Assembly: GCA_951406725.2 (NCBI GenBank)
Contig: OX597826.1
Coordinates: forward strand, 74,152,001-74,216,000
Origin: Octopus vulgaris
Lineage: Eukaryota
Direction of reading: 5' to 3'
Length of the DNA: 64,000 nt
The notes beneath the pieces were generated by a model. It was not told the DNA's origin, did no database searches, and was given only the letters and a program-made list of their open reading frames with translations. How positions within the stretch are numbered: position 1 is the first letter of the stretch; the number at the start of each line of letters is the position of its first letter. Positions 11,243 to 23,670 of this stretch are shown here, in pieces. The position numbers and the translations under genes were made by a program.

Positions 11243-11760
11243 CATAACAACAATACTACCGCAAAAACTGTTAAGCCTGACTTGGTGCTTGCACCTCAGC
11301 AACTACCCGTGTGTAGTGGAACAGCTTGAAAGGGGATGATCTGGGATTACTACGTAACAACAACTGCTGGATCAAAGCTGACCAAGGATCATAGAACAAC
11401 AACGAACACGAGCACTGCTCCATCAGAGGGTAGCAAAGAGTTCATAACTATAATTGGCTGTGTGCATAGGACCAAATATCCAGAGATGACCGACGGCTAC
11501 AAGCAGCAACAGTACCACCAGGACTGATCTCCTGATAAGGAGCTCCTCCTTCTCCTCTGCTGCCACCGTCGCCACTACAAGGACTGCTAGATAAAAAACT
11601 GACCCAGGATTCTTTAACAACCCCACTAGAACATTACATACTTACATTAGAAAGAGAATGAACCAGGAAATCATGTGGTATCACTTTAGAGCATGTAATT
11701 TATAATTCAAACATAATTGCAAAGAAGTTGTAGTAAATAAGGGATTGAGAAATAATGCAT

Positions 11761-11866
11761 AAAATCTCTTACAGCTGTTTCTAGAATAGCTGTACATACG
11801 GTGCATAGGTCATTTAGCAAAAATTTCCATATGAGCCAACTATACCGTCTTCAGAGAAGAAGAATT
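11761..11866 (-). ncRNA. Degenerate type I hammerhead ribozyme motif
   Basis: Minus strand ttct-CTGAAGA-cggtatagttg...cagctattcta-GAAAC-AGCT-GTA-agag. Stem III loop is palindromic; the base pair closing stem II is mismatched. Confidence 0.55.
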
Positions 11867-12204
11867 AAGGAATTTCCTTTTCAAATAATATTAGTTGTTA
11901 CCATTTCCATTGTCGAAGAATTAAGGAATATATTTAGTAAGAATTCTCAATTACTAAGAGAGCGAAAATTGACTGAGAAAAATAACGCAAGAATGACCCA
12001 GGGCACGAATTTAAATAACAAAAACGACAATTTATCAGGAGATTGATAAAAAATTCATTATTAAAAAGAAAAAAATTGAATTCTCTTGCTTGTTATTCAT
12101 GTTTGTGTGCATACGTACGGATGTATACGATGTTTAATGTGATAGCTGTAGATCTTTTACTTGAAACAAAGCGACTTAAGTGAAAATATATATATATATA
12201 CTGC

Positions 12205-12361
<157 letters not shown>

Positions 12362-12429
12362 TCATTCTCGAGTTTGATGGACATATAGCGGTACGTAAGC
12401 CGACTCAAGAAATCTCAAGAGAGACTTTT

Positions 12430-12485
12430 TATTGATATACCTGAAGAAACACAGAACGGGTCGAAACATGTGTTGTACCCAATAA
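12430..12485 (+). ncRNA. Degenerate minimal hammerhead motif
   Basis: tac-CTGAAGA(12441-47)-aacacagaacgggtc-GAAAC-ATGT-GTT-gta. Stem II is decayed. Confidence 0.45.
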
Positions 12486-12651
12486 TGTTTATTACACATT
12501 CCATCTCCTCTTTTATTAATATTGCTACCCCAACCGCCACTGCGAAGTTCCTGCAATAAATCTACGGATAACAACAGGGAATCGAAACTGTGCTGGTTCT
12601 TTACTCATCATCTATTTATGCATTTTGAACAATTTCTCCTTTATATATATG

Positions 12652-12745
<94 letters not shown>

Positions 12746-12889
12746 TAGTTGAATGAATTATCTTAGTATGGATAATTCGGTTAATCGATACCTGGATAGT
12801 AAATTCACGTCAGAAAAACACGGTTGAAGCTACATGCCAAGGGCAGAGATCACATGTTTTCGTGTGGAAATTTGTGTGTTTTTTTAAGT

Positions 12890-12986
12890 TCCTTGTTTTT
12901 CCTGATGAGAAGGCGGCATAATGCACCCCTTATTCCTTCGAAATTAGGAATATGCAGCCTTCGAAACATATGTCGAGAATAAAGGA
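12890..12986 (+). ncRNA. Type I hammerhead ribozyme with intact catalytic core
   Basis: CTGATGA at 12902-08. Stem II gaaggcggcata/tatgcagccttc pairs at 11 of 12 positions. GAAA at 12963-66, C-ATAT-G stem III, GTC triplet at 12972-74. Stem I tccttgtttttc/gagaataaagga is partly paired. Confidence 0.75.
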
Positions 12987-13023
12987 TTTTTGTTAAATCG
13001 TCGTTCAACTCCATTCTTTCATT

Positions 13024-13076
<53 letters not shown>

Positions 13077-13339
13077 ACATACATATACAAGCATATATAT
13101 ATGTATGTATGTATGTATGTATAATTATACACACACGCAACCAAGGTGCATTCCATTCCTGGCTCTCTTTTCTCATTTCGTATCTCCTTTCCTCCTTTCG
13201 TTTTTTCCTTGTCTTTGCCTGGACTTTCTTCTTGTGTCCGACGAAGGACTCTTGCCCGAAATGTTATAAGTTCACTGCATTACTTTCCCCTTCTTTGAAC
13301 GTCAACCTCGTAACGGACTTTTGCTGATTTTGTGTGATT

Positions 13340-13687
13340 TTACATACATACATACATACACACATACATACATACATACATACATACATACATACATACA
13401 TACATACATACATGCATACATACATACATAAATACATACATACATACATACATACATACATACATACATACATACATGCATACATACATACATACATACA
13501 TACATGCATGCATACATACATACATACATACATACATGCATGCATACATACATACATACATACATACATACATACATACATACATACACACATACATACA
13601 TACATACATACATACATACATGCACACATACATACATACATACATGCATACATACATACATACATACATACATACATACATACATAC

Positions 13688-13718
<31 letters not shown>

Positions 13719-13893
13719 TACATACATACACACACACATACATACATACATACACACATACATACATACATACATACATACATGCACACATACATACATA
13801 CATACATACATACATGCATACATACATACATACATACATACATACATACATACATACACACACATACGCATCACACACACACATGTATATATA

Positions 13894-13926
<33 letters not shown>

Positions 13927-14090
13927 TTACACACACTTATGTATTCATGTGTACACACGCACGTTTATGTGTGCATGCATGCTTGTAAGTACGTGTGTGT
14001 ATGTGTGTGTACGTGTGTGTGAGTGTGTGTCTTCGTGCATGTGTGAGTGTGTGTATGCACTCTCGCGCGCACGTGTGTGTGTGTATACAA
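13340..14090. repeat. (ACAT)n microsatellite followed by degenerate (GT)n
   Basis: Direct reading; the source of the HTYI/MYVC ORFs. Confidence 0.95.
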
Positions 14091-14461
14091 TGTTTGGGAA
14101 AACCGCCAACATTCACTCGTGTGTTTACTCTAGCGTGTCGTAAGGCTGGGATAAACAAGAATACTTAAGGAACACTTTTCTTGATAATAATGATAGCAGC
14201 ATCAGGCTGAGCTTCCAAGCAAACCATAGCAATGATCAACGAACTGTGTCAAAGAGAAAAACCAACGTTTTTGAAGCGGTATTTCACTAAGTGATACATT
14301 CCCAGAGAAAATTCCATCGGGGGTTCCTTTCTCTTTCTATTTTCCTTTTTTTGTTTAAAGAAAAGGGTAACTTAAGCATGAAGTATTCAGTTTTAAGTGT
14401 AAAGTATCGCAAAACTTAACTGTCAGGCGTTATCAAAAATGTAAAGCGAATATTTATTTAC

Positions 14462-14863
14462 TCTTTTACTCTTTTACTTGTTTCAGTCATTTGACTGCGA
14501 CCATGCTGGAGCACTGCCTTTATAGTCGAAGCAAATCGACCCCAGAGCTTATTCTTTGTAAGCCTAGTACTTATTCTATCGGTCTTTTTTGCCGAACCGC
14601 TTAGTTACGGGGACGTAAACACACCAGCATCGGTTGTCAAGCGATGTTGGGGCGACAAACACACGCACACACATATACATATATATACATATACATACAT
14701 ACGACGGGCCTTTTTCAGTTTCCGTCTACCAAATCCACTCACAAGGCTTTGGTCGGCCCGAGGCTATGGTAGAAGACACTTGCCCAAGGTGCCACGCAGT
14801 GGGACTGAACCTGGAACCACGTGGTTGGTAAGCAAGCTACTTACCACACAGCCACTCCTGCGC
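14462..14863 (-). mobile_element. Full-length SINE family A (tRNA head, CORE-like block, internal microsatellite, (AAAAGAGT)n tail)
   Basis: Reverse complement gcgcaggagtggctgtgtggtaagtagc...ggttcagtcccactgcgtggcaccttgggcaagtgtcttctac...atgactgaaacaagtaaaagagtaaaagag. Most abundant element in the window, with about 20 full or partial copies. Confidence 0.9.
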
Positions 14864-14893
14864 TTGTGATTTTAACTTTCACAGCGGATGTGA

Positions 14894-14924
<31 letters not shown>

Positions 14925-15399
14925 AGCGTGTGCGCATAATTTCTAACATTGGCTCTGGGTCAGACGCTACACAGGTTTTTTTGACGTTTCCACTTCATCT
15001 GGCGACTGGTGACCTCTTCACCTCTACATGGATTCTTTTTATAGCAGTTACTCTATTTATGGCAGAATCTTAAGAATAAATTACAATTTTAAAGACTCTA
15101 ATAATAATATATTCGTACCATCGGCCAAAACAGGAAATCCTGGCAGGAGACCAACGTACACGCGCTCGCACAGACACACACACACGTACACAGGCGTCCA
15201 CACACACGCACAGCTGCAAAAGACTCATCTCCCGTGCAAGATGCTAACCCCATCACTACTACCAAAAGAAAAAAGAAAAAAAAAAAAGGAAAAGAAAATT
15301 ATCCACATCTTCAAGTCAATAAACCGAGATGCCAATACGTTTGTAACAGATCTGGACACGGTTGACAGAGTTAAACGCTTAACGCTCCGTGCAACTCAC

Positions 15400-15464
15400 G
15401 CGAGATGTAAGAAACACACTCTTCTACGATAACCGTATTTGCAAGTTATTAAATCCCACAATGT
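15400..15464 (-). other. Candidate 65-nt exon of a minus-strand transcript
   Basis: Acceptor tttgcttactctgccgatttcAG and donor CGC|GTGAGT in unique, CpG-retaining sequence. No homology recognised. Confidence 0.4.
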
Positions 15465-15500
15465 CTGAAATCGGCAGAGTAAGCAAACAGAGCCGAAGCA

Positions 15501-15504
<4 letters not shown>

Positions 15505-15539
<35 letters not shown>

Positions 15540-15598
15540 GTCGTCACCATCATCATCATCACCATCATCATTATCATCATCATCACCATCATCATCAC

Positions 15599-15645
<47 letters not shown>

Positions 15646-15914
15646 CCATCGTCATCATCATCATCATCATCATCATCACCATCATCATCACCATCATCAT
15701 CACCATCATCATCATCGTCATCACCATCATCATCGTCGTCGTCGTCATCATCATCATCATCACCATCATCAACATCATCACCATCGTCAACATCATCACC
15801 ATCGTCACTATCATCATCATCATCGTGAACATCATCATCACCATCGTGAACATCATCATCATCATCGTCAACATTATCATCATCGTCGACATCATAGCCA
15901 TCATCATCATCATC
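15505..15914. repeat. Imperfect (CAT/CAC/CGT)n trinucleotide repeat
   Basis: Direct reading; produces the poly-His and poly-Met ORFs. Confidence 0.95.
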
Positions 15915-16214
15915 AAGAAAGCAGCCAAATCCCTCCTTTTGGGCGTGACGCTACATCCGTCATTAAAAGGGTTACTAAAATGAACGACAGACACCTATAC
16001 AAGCCGACACACATCAAAATCGTGGAGTTCTATATTCAATAATTAAACACCTATTTTTAAAAGCACTTTTGTCCACAAGAAAGTACACTACGATAACCGA
16101 ACAGTAAACCAGGGTCATAACGCACACCTTAAGGTCTTTGCTTTGCTGAAGACCCACAGACAAAAACCAAACAATGATAAACATATCTCGATCTGACGAT
16201 GGGTAGGCAGCAAA

Positions 16215-16260
16215 GATTCAGTTGAATAAACGTCATCAATCTTTTATACACCATTGCGCG
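16215..16260 (-). promoter_or_regulatory. Candidate TATA-box core promoter on the minus strand
   Basis: TATAAAAG at 16248-16241, TGACGT at 16235-16230, Inr-like ttcaact about 25 nt downstream, then donor AAG|GTGTGC at 16128/16127. The neighbourhood retains CpG. Confidence 0.4.
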
Positions 16261-16529
16261 AATGTACGAATCTTCTGACATGCAATTGTATTAATATCAC
16301 AACTTGCCCTCTCTTTTGCCTTACAAAATTTGTGGTGTACTTCATAGATGCCTTCAAAATATATTCAGTGTATTTTGTTCTGCGTTCTTAATGTACATAT
16401 GTGTGCATGCATGTTGGAGTTATATGCTTACTGACATGCGTTAGTGTGTATGTGTGTGCATGTATGTGTAAATATGTATGCATAAATGATTTAAAAAATG
16501 TTAAATACATACAAACAATGTTAAAGATG

Positions 16530-16955
16530 CATGTCACTTTGTGGTCTGGAAAAAATGTTCTAATTATTGAAAGGAAGTCCATTGGACAGAGGTTGAAATA
16601 ATTTCAATCCGGACAGCTTCGTACAAAAAGTGCAGGAAGAAGAGATTAAGGAAGTTGGTTCAGGTGATATTCGGGATTTACAGCATACTGATAATCAGCC
16701 CCTCATCTACGAAGAACATCAAGAATTAAGAGAACGCAAGTGTCTGATTCAGGAAGCAAAGAGACCCCTCCACAACAGAGATGTTAGTGATGTAAATTCG
16801 TGTTTTAAGAGAGCCTTTCAGAAAAATATCCAACTTTTGAACAACATATGCAAGTTTCAAGATCTGCAATGATAGCATTGAATCTTTATAAGGGAGAGTC
16901 ACAGGCTTGTAAGAAGAAGCAAAGCAGTCGACCCTTGACGCCATTTTTATTAAAA
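16530..16955 (+). mobile_element. Possible pogo/Tigger transposase C-terminal remnant
   Basis: Translated EVGSGDIRDLQH..PLIYEEHQEL and terminal KQSTLDAIFIK resemble Tigger C-termini. Highly decayed. Confidence 0.35.
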
Positions 16956-17075
16956 TGAAAATCTTACAAAATCAGTAGCTCCAAATTTATTTTTCTTTAT
17001 TTCGTCTTTCTTTTTTTTCCGCAAAAACTAAAGAAAGCATGTATGTTTGAATTACATATACTTTTGCTCTACGTG

Positions 17076-17107
<32 letters not shown>

Positions 17108-17156
17108 TGTATGTATGTATGTATGTATGTATGTATGTATGTATGTATGTATATAA

Positions 17157-17233
<77 letters not shown>

Positions 17234-17358
17234 ATGGTATGTATGTATGTATATATGTGTGTGTGTGTGTATATATATAAAATTTTAAATTGAATAAGGG
17301 TAGAAATTGATATTAATCAATTAAAACCAGTGGCCTAGCATATTAAAAAATCCGAAGA

Positions 17359-17470
<112 letters not shown>

Positions 17471-17639
17471 GCCATATTATGTCTTTCAATGATTGAAAGG
17501 AATTATCTGTATAAAAAAAAAAATTCCCGACAGCTTTTTTTTTTTTATATATATGAAAACCGCCCGTGTATTTTATATAAGATGAAAACAATCATATTTA
17601 CGGGAAAACATAATAACCATTGATGCAAGAAATGAGATT

Positions 17640-18030
17640 CGTGAACAGTTTTCACAATCTCCAAATTTATCTCGCCGCACATTCTCGCGTGGATGTGATG
17701 TAAAATAAATCACCGCTAGTCCCACATTGTTGCCAAAATTTCTTCTTGGCGAGTATCCCTCGTCCTTCTTTAGTCTTTGTATCGATGCTGTTATCGTTTG
17801 GATAAAAAAAAAATTGGGTGAAAGATTGACAACTTCGTGAGATCAAGGCCCACGTCCAAGCTTGATTGGATATCAAGCGTGTCCCTGGCAATATCCGATG
17901 TCTTATAATGGGCCAAATTGTTTTGTACGTGTGATCGGCGATCTCAATCAAGCAACATTTTCCTGCACCCTTTTCAGCTGCTGTTTCTGAAATACGTAAC
18001 ACATCATTCGAAGGTACTATACAAGCAGGT
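17640..18030 (-). mobile_element. Merlin (IS1016/ISXO2-like) transposase remnant
   Basis: ORF 17667-18047 contains CLIEIADHTYKTIWPIIRHRILPGTRLISN and FFYPNDNSIDTKTKEG..AKKKFWQQCGTS, resembling Merlin TLxPIIxxxIxPGTxIxSD and FVDP..HTxxIEG motifs. Confidence 0.75.
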
Positions 18031-18199
18031 GTCTGTGGATGTGGCATAAGGAGGGAGTTCTTTATGCTCTTTTTATGAAATTCTTGTCTGTCACTGTCGT
18101 CACTTTCACTTTCTATCTCAATTTACTTTCATTTTTTAGGACAATTTACTTTCACTTTTTTTCTTACGATGGCAAACTGGATGTTAAACACGGTCATAT

Positions 18200-18560
18200 T
18201 TTTACATATATTGTCGAGCAGTATATTACTGGTATCGGCATATAACTGGTCAGAATGTTACAGTGAGTTTCGCGCCAACGATTGCACCTTAGCAAAATTC
18301 TTCAGACGTACTGTACACAGCCTCTTTTATACTGGAGACATATATATATAGACTCTGGGCGGGTTCCGCATAAAAGAGTCTTTGTGTTTCTGAGTCAGTA
18401 TGTCTGAAGAGTTGTCAATATTACCAAAGAGCGAATAATTGATACAAAACCGTTGGTTGCATTCAGGCCAGTCGTATACCATAATCAGTAATATATTGCT
18501 CAACACCTGAAGGAATTTGCGAAACGGCCGTAACCTTATGAAAGTTACTTGCTCAAATAA
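18200..18560. mobile_element. Inverted pair of related hammerhead-bearing repeats (Penelope pseudo-LTR-like)
   Basis: Minus strand: cagtacgt-CTGAAGA(18305-18299)...GAAAC-tcact-GTA-acattctg. Plus strand: cagtatgt-CTGAAGA(18404-10)...aaaac-cgttg-gtt-gcattc. Both are preceded by taaaagag and followed by cagtaatata(c/t)tgctc. Confidence 0.55.
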
Positions 18561-20322
18561 ATCTCTCTTTATCTCTCATACATCTTGATTTATGTTTTAT
18601 ATACTCCTCAAAGAGTAATCTCAAGGATTTTCAGTCACGTGGACATTTTACATTACACTACATTGTAATTGATTACTATATAGGATGATAGCCGAGTCCG
18701 TATGAGGAGCTTACTGTGATACCCGCATGATTCTCTGAATCCATGTCTGGCACTACCCGACTACTCATTTATATCTGTGTGTGTGTGTGAGTGTGTATGC
18801 ATCTACACACACGCACTCATATGTAAGAAGTAAATAAAACTAAATGAAAATGTGTTTATTCACTAAAGTGCAACTTGTTGACTATCTTTTTATGTATTTA
18901 TGAAGTATATACACTTGTTCATGGCAATGCTCCAGCAAAACCTTAACCAAGATGGCAAAAACCTACTAAAGACCTACAGAATGTCAAAAATACACTGACA
19001 AAAACGAAAAAAAAAATCACAATTTCCCTCTCTCATAAACTGCTGATTGAGTTCACGTACGTAATTCCCGCTAAACCTAAGCTGATTACTCTTGATCAAA
19101 GGATCTACTCTGTTCAACGAATTTAATCTATTCTATATCTATAACTTTAATTAGTAATTTAGTAATTGAAATAAACGAAGTATTTTGTAGAAAAGTAAAA
19201 CTTAAGAAACGAGCACGTGAAAATTTAGTAGTTATTTATGGTTATCTCTCTTAATCTGAGTATCCATCCTGTCGGTACGATGTCTCTTGAGGCCAAAATA
19301 TATAAACATAATAAAAAAATGAAGACAGATAGTTTGAAATTGGGTTTTAAGAATAAATGTCTACTGTCAACGATCAGATAAAAAAACGGAGAATGTCTGT
19401 CGGAGTCATGTTCCATATGTATAGGTAAATTTACTGTCAAGAAAATAGATTAAAATGTAATGAGTTGAAATAATAGGAAAAAAACCAATTTGTTAGATGA
19501 CTGTGTGTACTAATTTCATAGCAGTGAGTCACCCAATTGAATGGCCAGCTTAAAACATGAGGTGAGTTAATCGCGCGCACAACAGGCGATCGATCAGCCG
19601 ATAGATCAATAAGTACTAGCTGCAAGAAGTGTTGCCCGCGTTTTCCACAGCCGAGAGGGCAACAAGTAAGCATGCATGCGGTAGCTGGGCCTGCTAGAAA
19701 TAGCAGTCAGATCTCTCTTAAATCACAGCCTATGGTTTTCAATAAGGAAAACACATATGATTTCAACATACTTGCACCACTAAAAAATAAATAAATAAAA
19801 ATAACAAAACTGACGAGGTGGTCATGGTTGGAATATCATGGCTGGACAATCAAGGTTGATCTATGGTGAAACAGTAATAACAACGAAGTGAGTGCATTTG
19901 GTGCAATATTAGTCAGTGTTTATGAATCACAGAAATATTACAATCTCAGTCGTATCTTTACGACATTGTTCTCTGACGTAAGGGTTACAAGTTGAGTAAC
20001 GGTTCGCAAACAGAACATAGGCCCAGGCATACCTGTGTAGTAAGTAGCTTGCTTCCCAACCACATGGTTCCGGGTTCAGTCCCACTGTGTGGCACCTTGG
20101 GCAAGTGTTTCTTCCACTACAGCCTCGGGCCGACCAAAGCCTTAAGTGGTGGAGTTGGTAGACGGAAACTGAAAGAAGCCTGACGTAAATGTATATACAC
20201 ACACACATACACACGCTTGGGCATGCGTGTGTGTATGTGTGTGTGTGTGTGTGTGTTCCCCCCCACCACTGGATAACCGTAACTGGTCATTCTCTGCCGC
20301 TTTTGTGATGGAACTTTGACAC

Positions 20323-20373
<51 letters not shown>

Positions 20374-20609
20374 GGATCAGGCAAGGCTGTGAAGTAAGCA
20401 GTTTACTTCCCAATCACATAGTTTCAAATTCAGACCCATTGCCTGACACCTTGAGCAAGTATCTTCAGCTGTAGCCCTGAGCCACTCAAAACCTTGAGAG
20501 TGGATTTGGTGGCTGGAAACTGAATGTGTGTGTGTGTGACACTGTCTCCTTGCCTTGACATCATGTGATAGTTGTAAATGAATGTCACCACCAAGCAAGC
20601 GGTTTCCTT

Positions 20610-21288
20610 TGCTGGAAACAAAGGAACTCATTTGCATAACGGTGCTCCATGTGAAGTCCCACTTATTATGAAAACCAAGTTCCCTGAAGCTGTGATGGTC
20701 TTTTGGTGTGTTTCCAGTGAAGATGATGTCACACCTTTGAACAGGATCTTAAGCTCAATTCAGATGGCTGTCTGAAGCTGTTGAAAACTAGTGGTCAATC
20801 ATTGGCTGGGGAGGGTCACAGCTGGAAGGCCATATACATGTGGCAGCAGGAATCAGCTCCTTGCCATACTCCCCTCCCCCAACCAGAAAAAGTCGGAAGT
20901 GGTTGACAGGAAATTTCTATGGCTTCCACAGCCCCAACTTCTGACCTCTTAATTCCCTGACTTGTAACCTTATGGATTACCATGTGTGGGTCACAGTTGG
21001 GAAAGGCACCAACTGCTATGCCTGCAACACCAAGGCTAAGCTAGTGGTCAAGATCAAAGAGTTGTTTGAAGATCTCTTCAAGGAAACAGTGAAGAATGTA
21101 TGAGCCAGGTTCCAGAGCCATTTTTAGATCACGGTGGAAGCTGAGGGTGGCTACGTTGAGCAAAGTGTTACCTCCCAGCCATAATCTTTTTGATATTTTT
21201 TCATTTTTTAAAATGCTTTTATTTTGGGATAAGATATTGGGATTTTCCCTTTTATACGAATTGTCAGATTTAACTTGGACACCTTCTA
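20610..21288 (+). mobile_element. maT/DD37D-like Tc1-mariner transposase remnant
   Basis: Pieces MKTKFPEAVMVFWCVSS, WQQESAPCH and decayed PxNSPDxNxMDYHVW, ending VEAEGGYVE. Confidence 0.75.
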
Positions 21289-22027
21289 TAATATATGATG
21301 ATGTTACTCTTTTGCTCTTTTACTTGTTTCAGTCACTTGACTGCAGCCATGCTGGAGCACCGCCTTTTGGTCGAACAAATCGACCCCAGGACTTATTCTT
21401 TATGAGCCTAGTACTCATCCTATCAGTCTCTTTTGCTGAACCGCTAGGTTACAGGGACATAAACACACCAACATCAGTTGTCAAACAATGGTGGGGGGAC
21501 AAACACAAACACACACACACATGTTGATGATGATAATGATATATATATATATATATATATATATATCATTATCATCATCATTTAATGTCCATTTTCTATG
21601 CTGGCATGGGTTGGATGCTTTAACAGGATCCGGTGAGCCTGCAAGGCTGGGCTGAGCTCTCGTGTCAGCTATAGCATGGTTTCTCTGGTCGGATGCTCTT
21701 CCTAACCCTAACCACATCACCGTGGGTACTGCGTGTTTTTGTCATGCCACTGACACTAACGAGATGGCAAGAGTAAGTCAGTGTCCAGTTTACCTGAAGG
21801 GTGGCCAGTATTACTGGATTTAACTGACCCTCACCACTTCCTCTGCTTCTTTCTCACATCATAAATACATCCAGCTGCAGGCAAGAATATTTGATAACCT
21901 TCAAGTTTGTCCATCTTCATACATTATGCAAGAATTTCCAGCATTCACTCTCTCTTCATGCATTTATGCATTTCACTGAAAATTCCTGCATTTTAGAAAT
22001 TCTCTGCTATTTGCAATATATTATTTA

Positions 22028-22389
22028 CTAGCAGTATCGCCTGGCATTGCTCGAGTTTATTTTGACCCTTCAGAATTGGAATTTTTGAAAAGTAAAAATT
22101 TTGCATTATGTAGCTTGTTATTCTCTTTAAGTGAACATTTTTCTGGTTGAAATACACTGAAAAATGGTGACACAGCAGTAAAAAAAAACATAAAAATAGG
22201 AATTTTCATAGAAAAAAAGCACCTTTTTAAGTAAATAATTTTTTGTGTTAACATGGTCCGATCAAGCCTTCTTCTATCATACTCTCAATTTTGGTCAACT
22301 TGCGCCGCAGGGTCTCGGAGGAGATAGTGTTAGTTGAAGGCTACCAAACCTACCATATACAGACAACTTCAGCTTTATATAGAGAGAGA
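22028..22389 (-). mobile_element. Non-autonomous Helitron
   Basis: Minus strand begins TCtctctctatataaag and ends in a decayed GC hairpin plus CTAG (22031-22028). Inserted between A and T with no TSD. Confidence 0.75.
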
Positions 22390-23264
22390 TTTCACTGTTC
22401 CCTTTTTGGAGTTCTGTTTGAGAGGCTCTAAATTCGTTGATGTGCACTATCTTTCAACTCATTCTGAATGTGTATTGTATAACCGTTCTCACTAGATCAT
22501 TATAGAGTTCATAACATTGCTTCTTTTTTTTTTTTGCTTCAACCAGATTTAGGGGTACATATGGCTTTGTGAGTGTGTTTATGTTTGTGATTCCTTGTCT
22601 GGACAACATGCGATAGTAGTAAAATGATTGTCCCTGTCATACAAGCAGTGTCGTTCATTGCCAATATTCTGTGAGAACATGTTTAGCCATGGGGGAAGAA
22701 TATTGGTTTCATGTTTTAGCACAAGGTCAGCAATTTTTGTGGAGGGGGTTAAGTCATTTACTTCTACCCCAGTGTGCAACTGGTACTTATTTTATCGACC
22801 CTGAAAGGATGAAAGACAATATTGACTTAGGTTGAATTTGAACTCAGAATGTTACGACAGACCAGGGTTGGTGACAAGAAGGGCATCCAGCCATAGAAAA
22901 TCTGCCTCAGTAAATTCCATCCAACCCATGCAAGCATGGAAAAGTGGACGTTAAAAGGATGATGATGATGATGTGTAGGTGATAGGTAAAAAAAGGTTGA
23001 GAACCACAAGTCTAGTGCTTTAAGTCTAAGCAACATTTGTATGTCTTACTACAATAACAATTGGTACAAGCACATTTATGTTAATTTGTGTTAATTTATT
23101 CAAGTTCACCTGAATAAATTAACATTCTGCATTTATTTGTTTGAAGGCACACCTCTAATTCTCTGTAAAGACATCTCAGAAAGAAAAATCCCAACATATT
23201 TCTCATATGCAATGTGCACTATTTGTTAATATTAAAACTATTGTGGTTTTCATTTTGTATATAT

Positions 23265-23424
23265 AGGTGCAGGGGTGGCTGTGTGGTAAGAAGCTTGCTT
23301 CCCAACCACATGGTTCCAGGTTCAGTCCCACTGTATGGCAAAGTGTCTTCTGCTATAGCTTCAGGCTGACCAAAGCCTTGTGAGTAGATTTGGTAGACAG
23401 AAACTGAAATAAACCCAGCATATG

Positions 23425-23467
<43 letters not shown>

Positions 23468-23670
23468 TGTTTGTGTGTCTGTTTGTCCCGCCTCACCATC
23501 GCTTGACAACCGATGTTGATGTGTTAACGTCCCCACAACTTAGCGGTTCAGCAAAAGAGACTGATAGAGTAAGTACCAGGCTTACAAAGAATAAGTCCTG
23601 GGGTCTATTTGTTCGACTAAAGGCAGTGCTCCAGCATGGGGCGCAGTCAAATGACTGAAACAAATAAAAG
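23265..23670 (+). mobile_element. SINE family A, full length
   Basis: Same head, core and tail as 14462-14863, with CpG decay. Confidence 0.9.

Noticed and set aside
15389-16042. 217-aa poly-histidine ORF and its antisense poly-Met ORF
   Set aside because: A (CAT)n expansion is stop-free in these frames by construction, such tracts are common in the window, and the flanks show no protein family signal.
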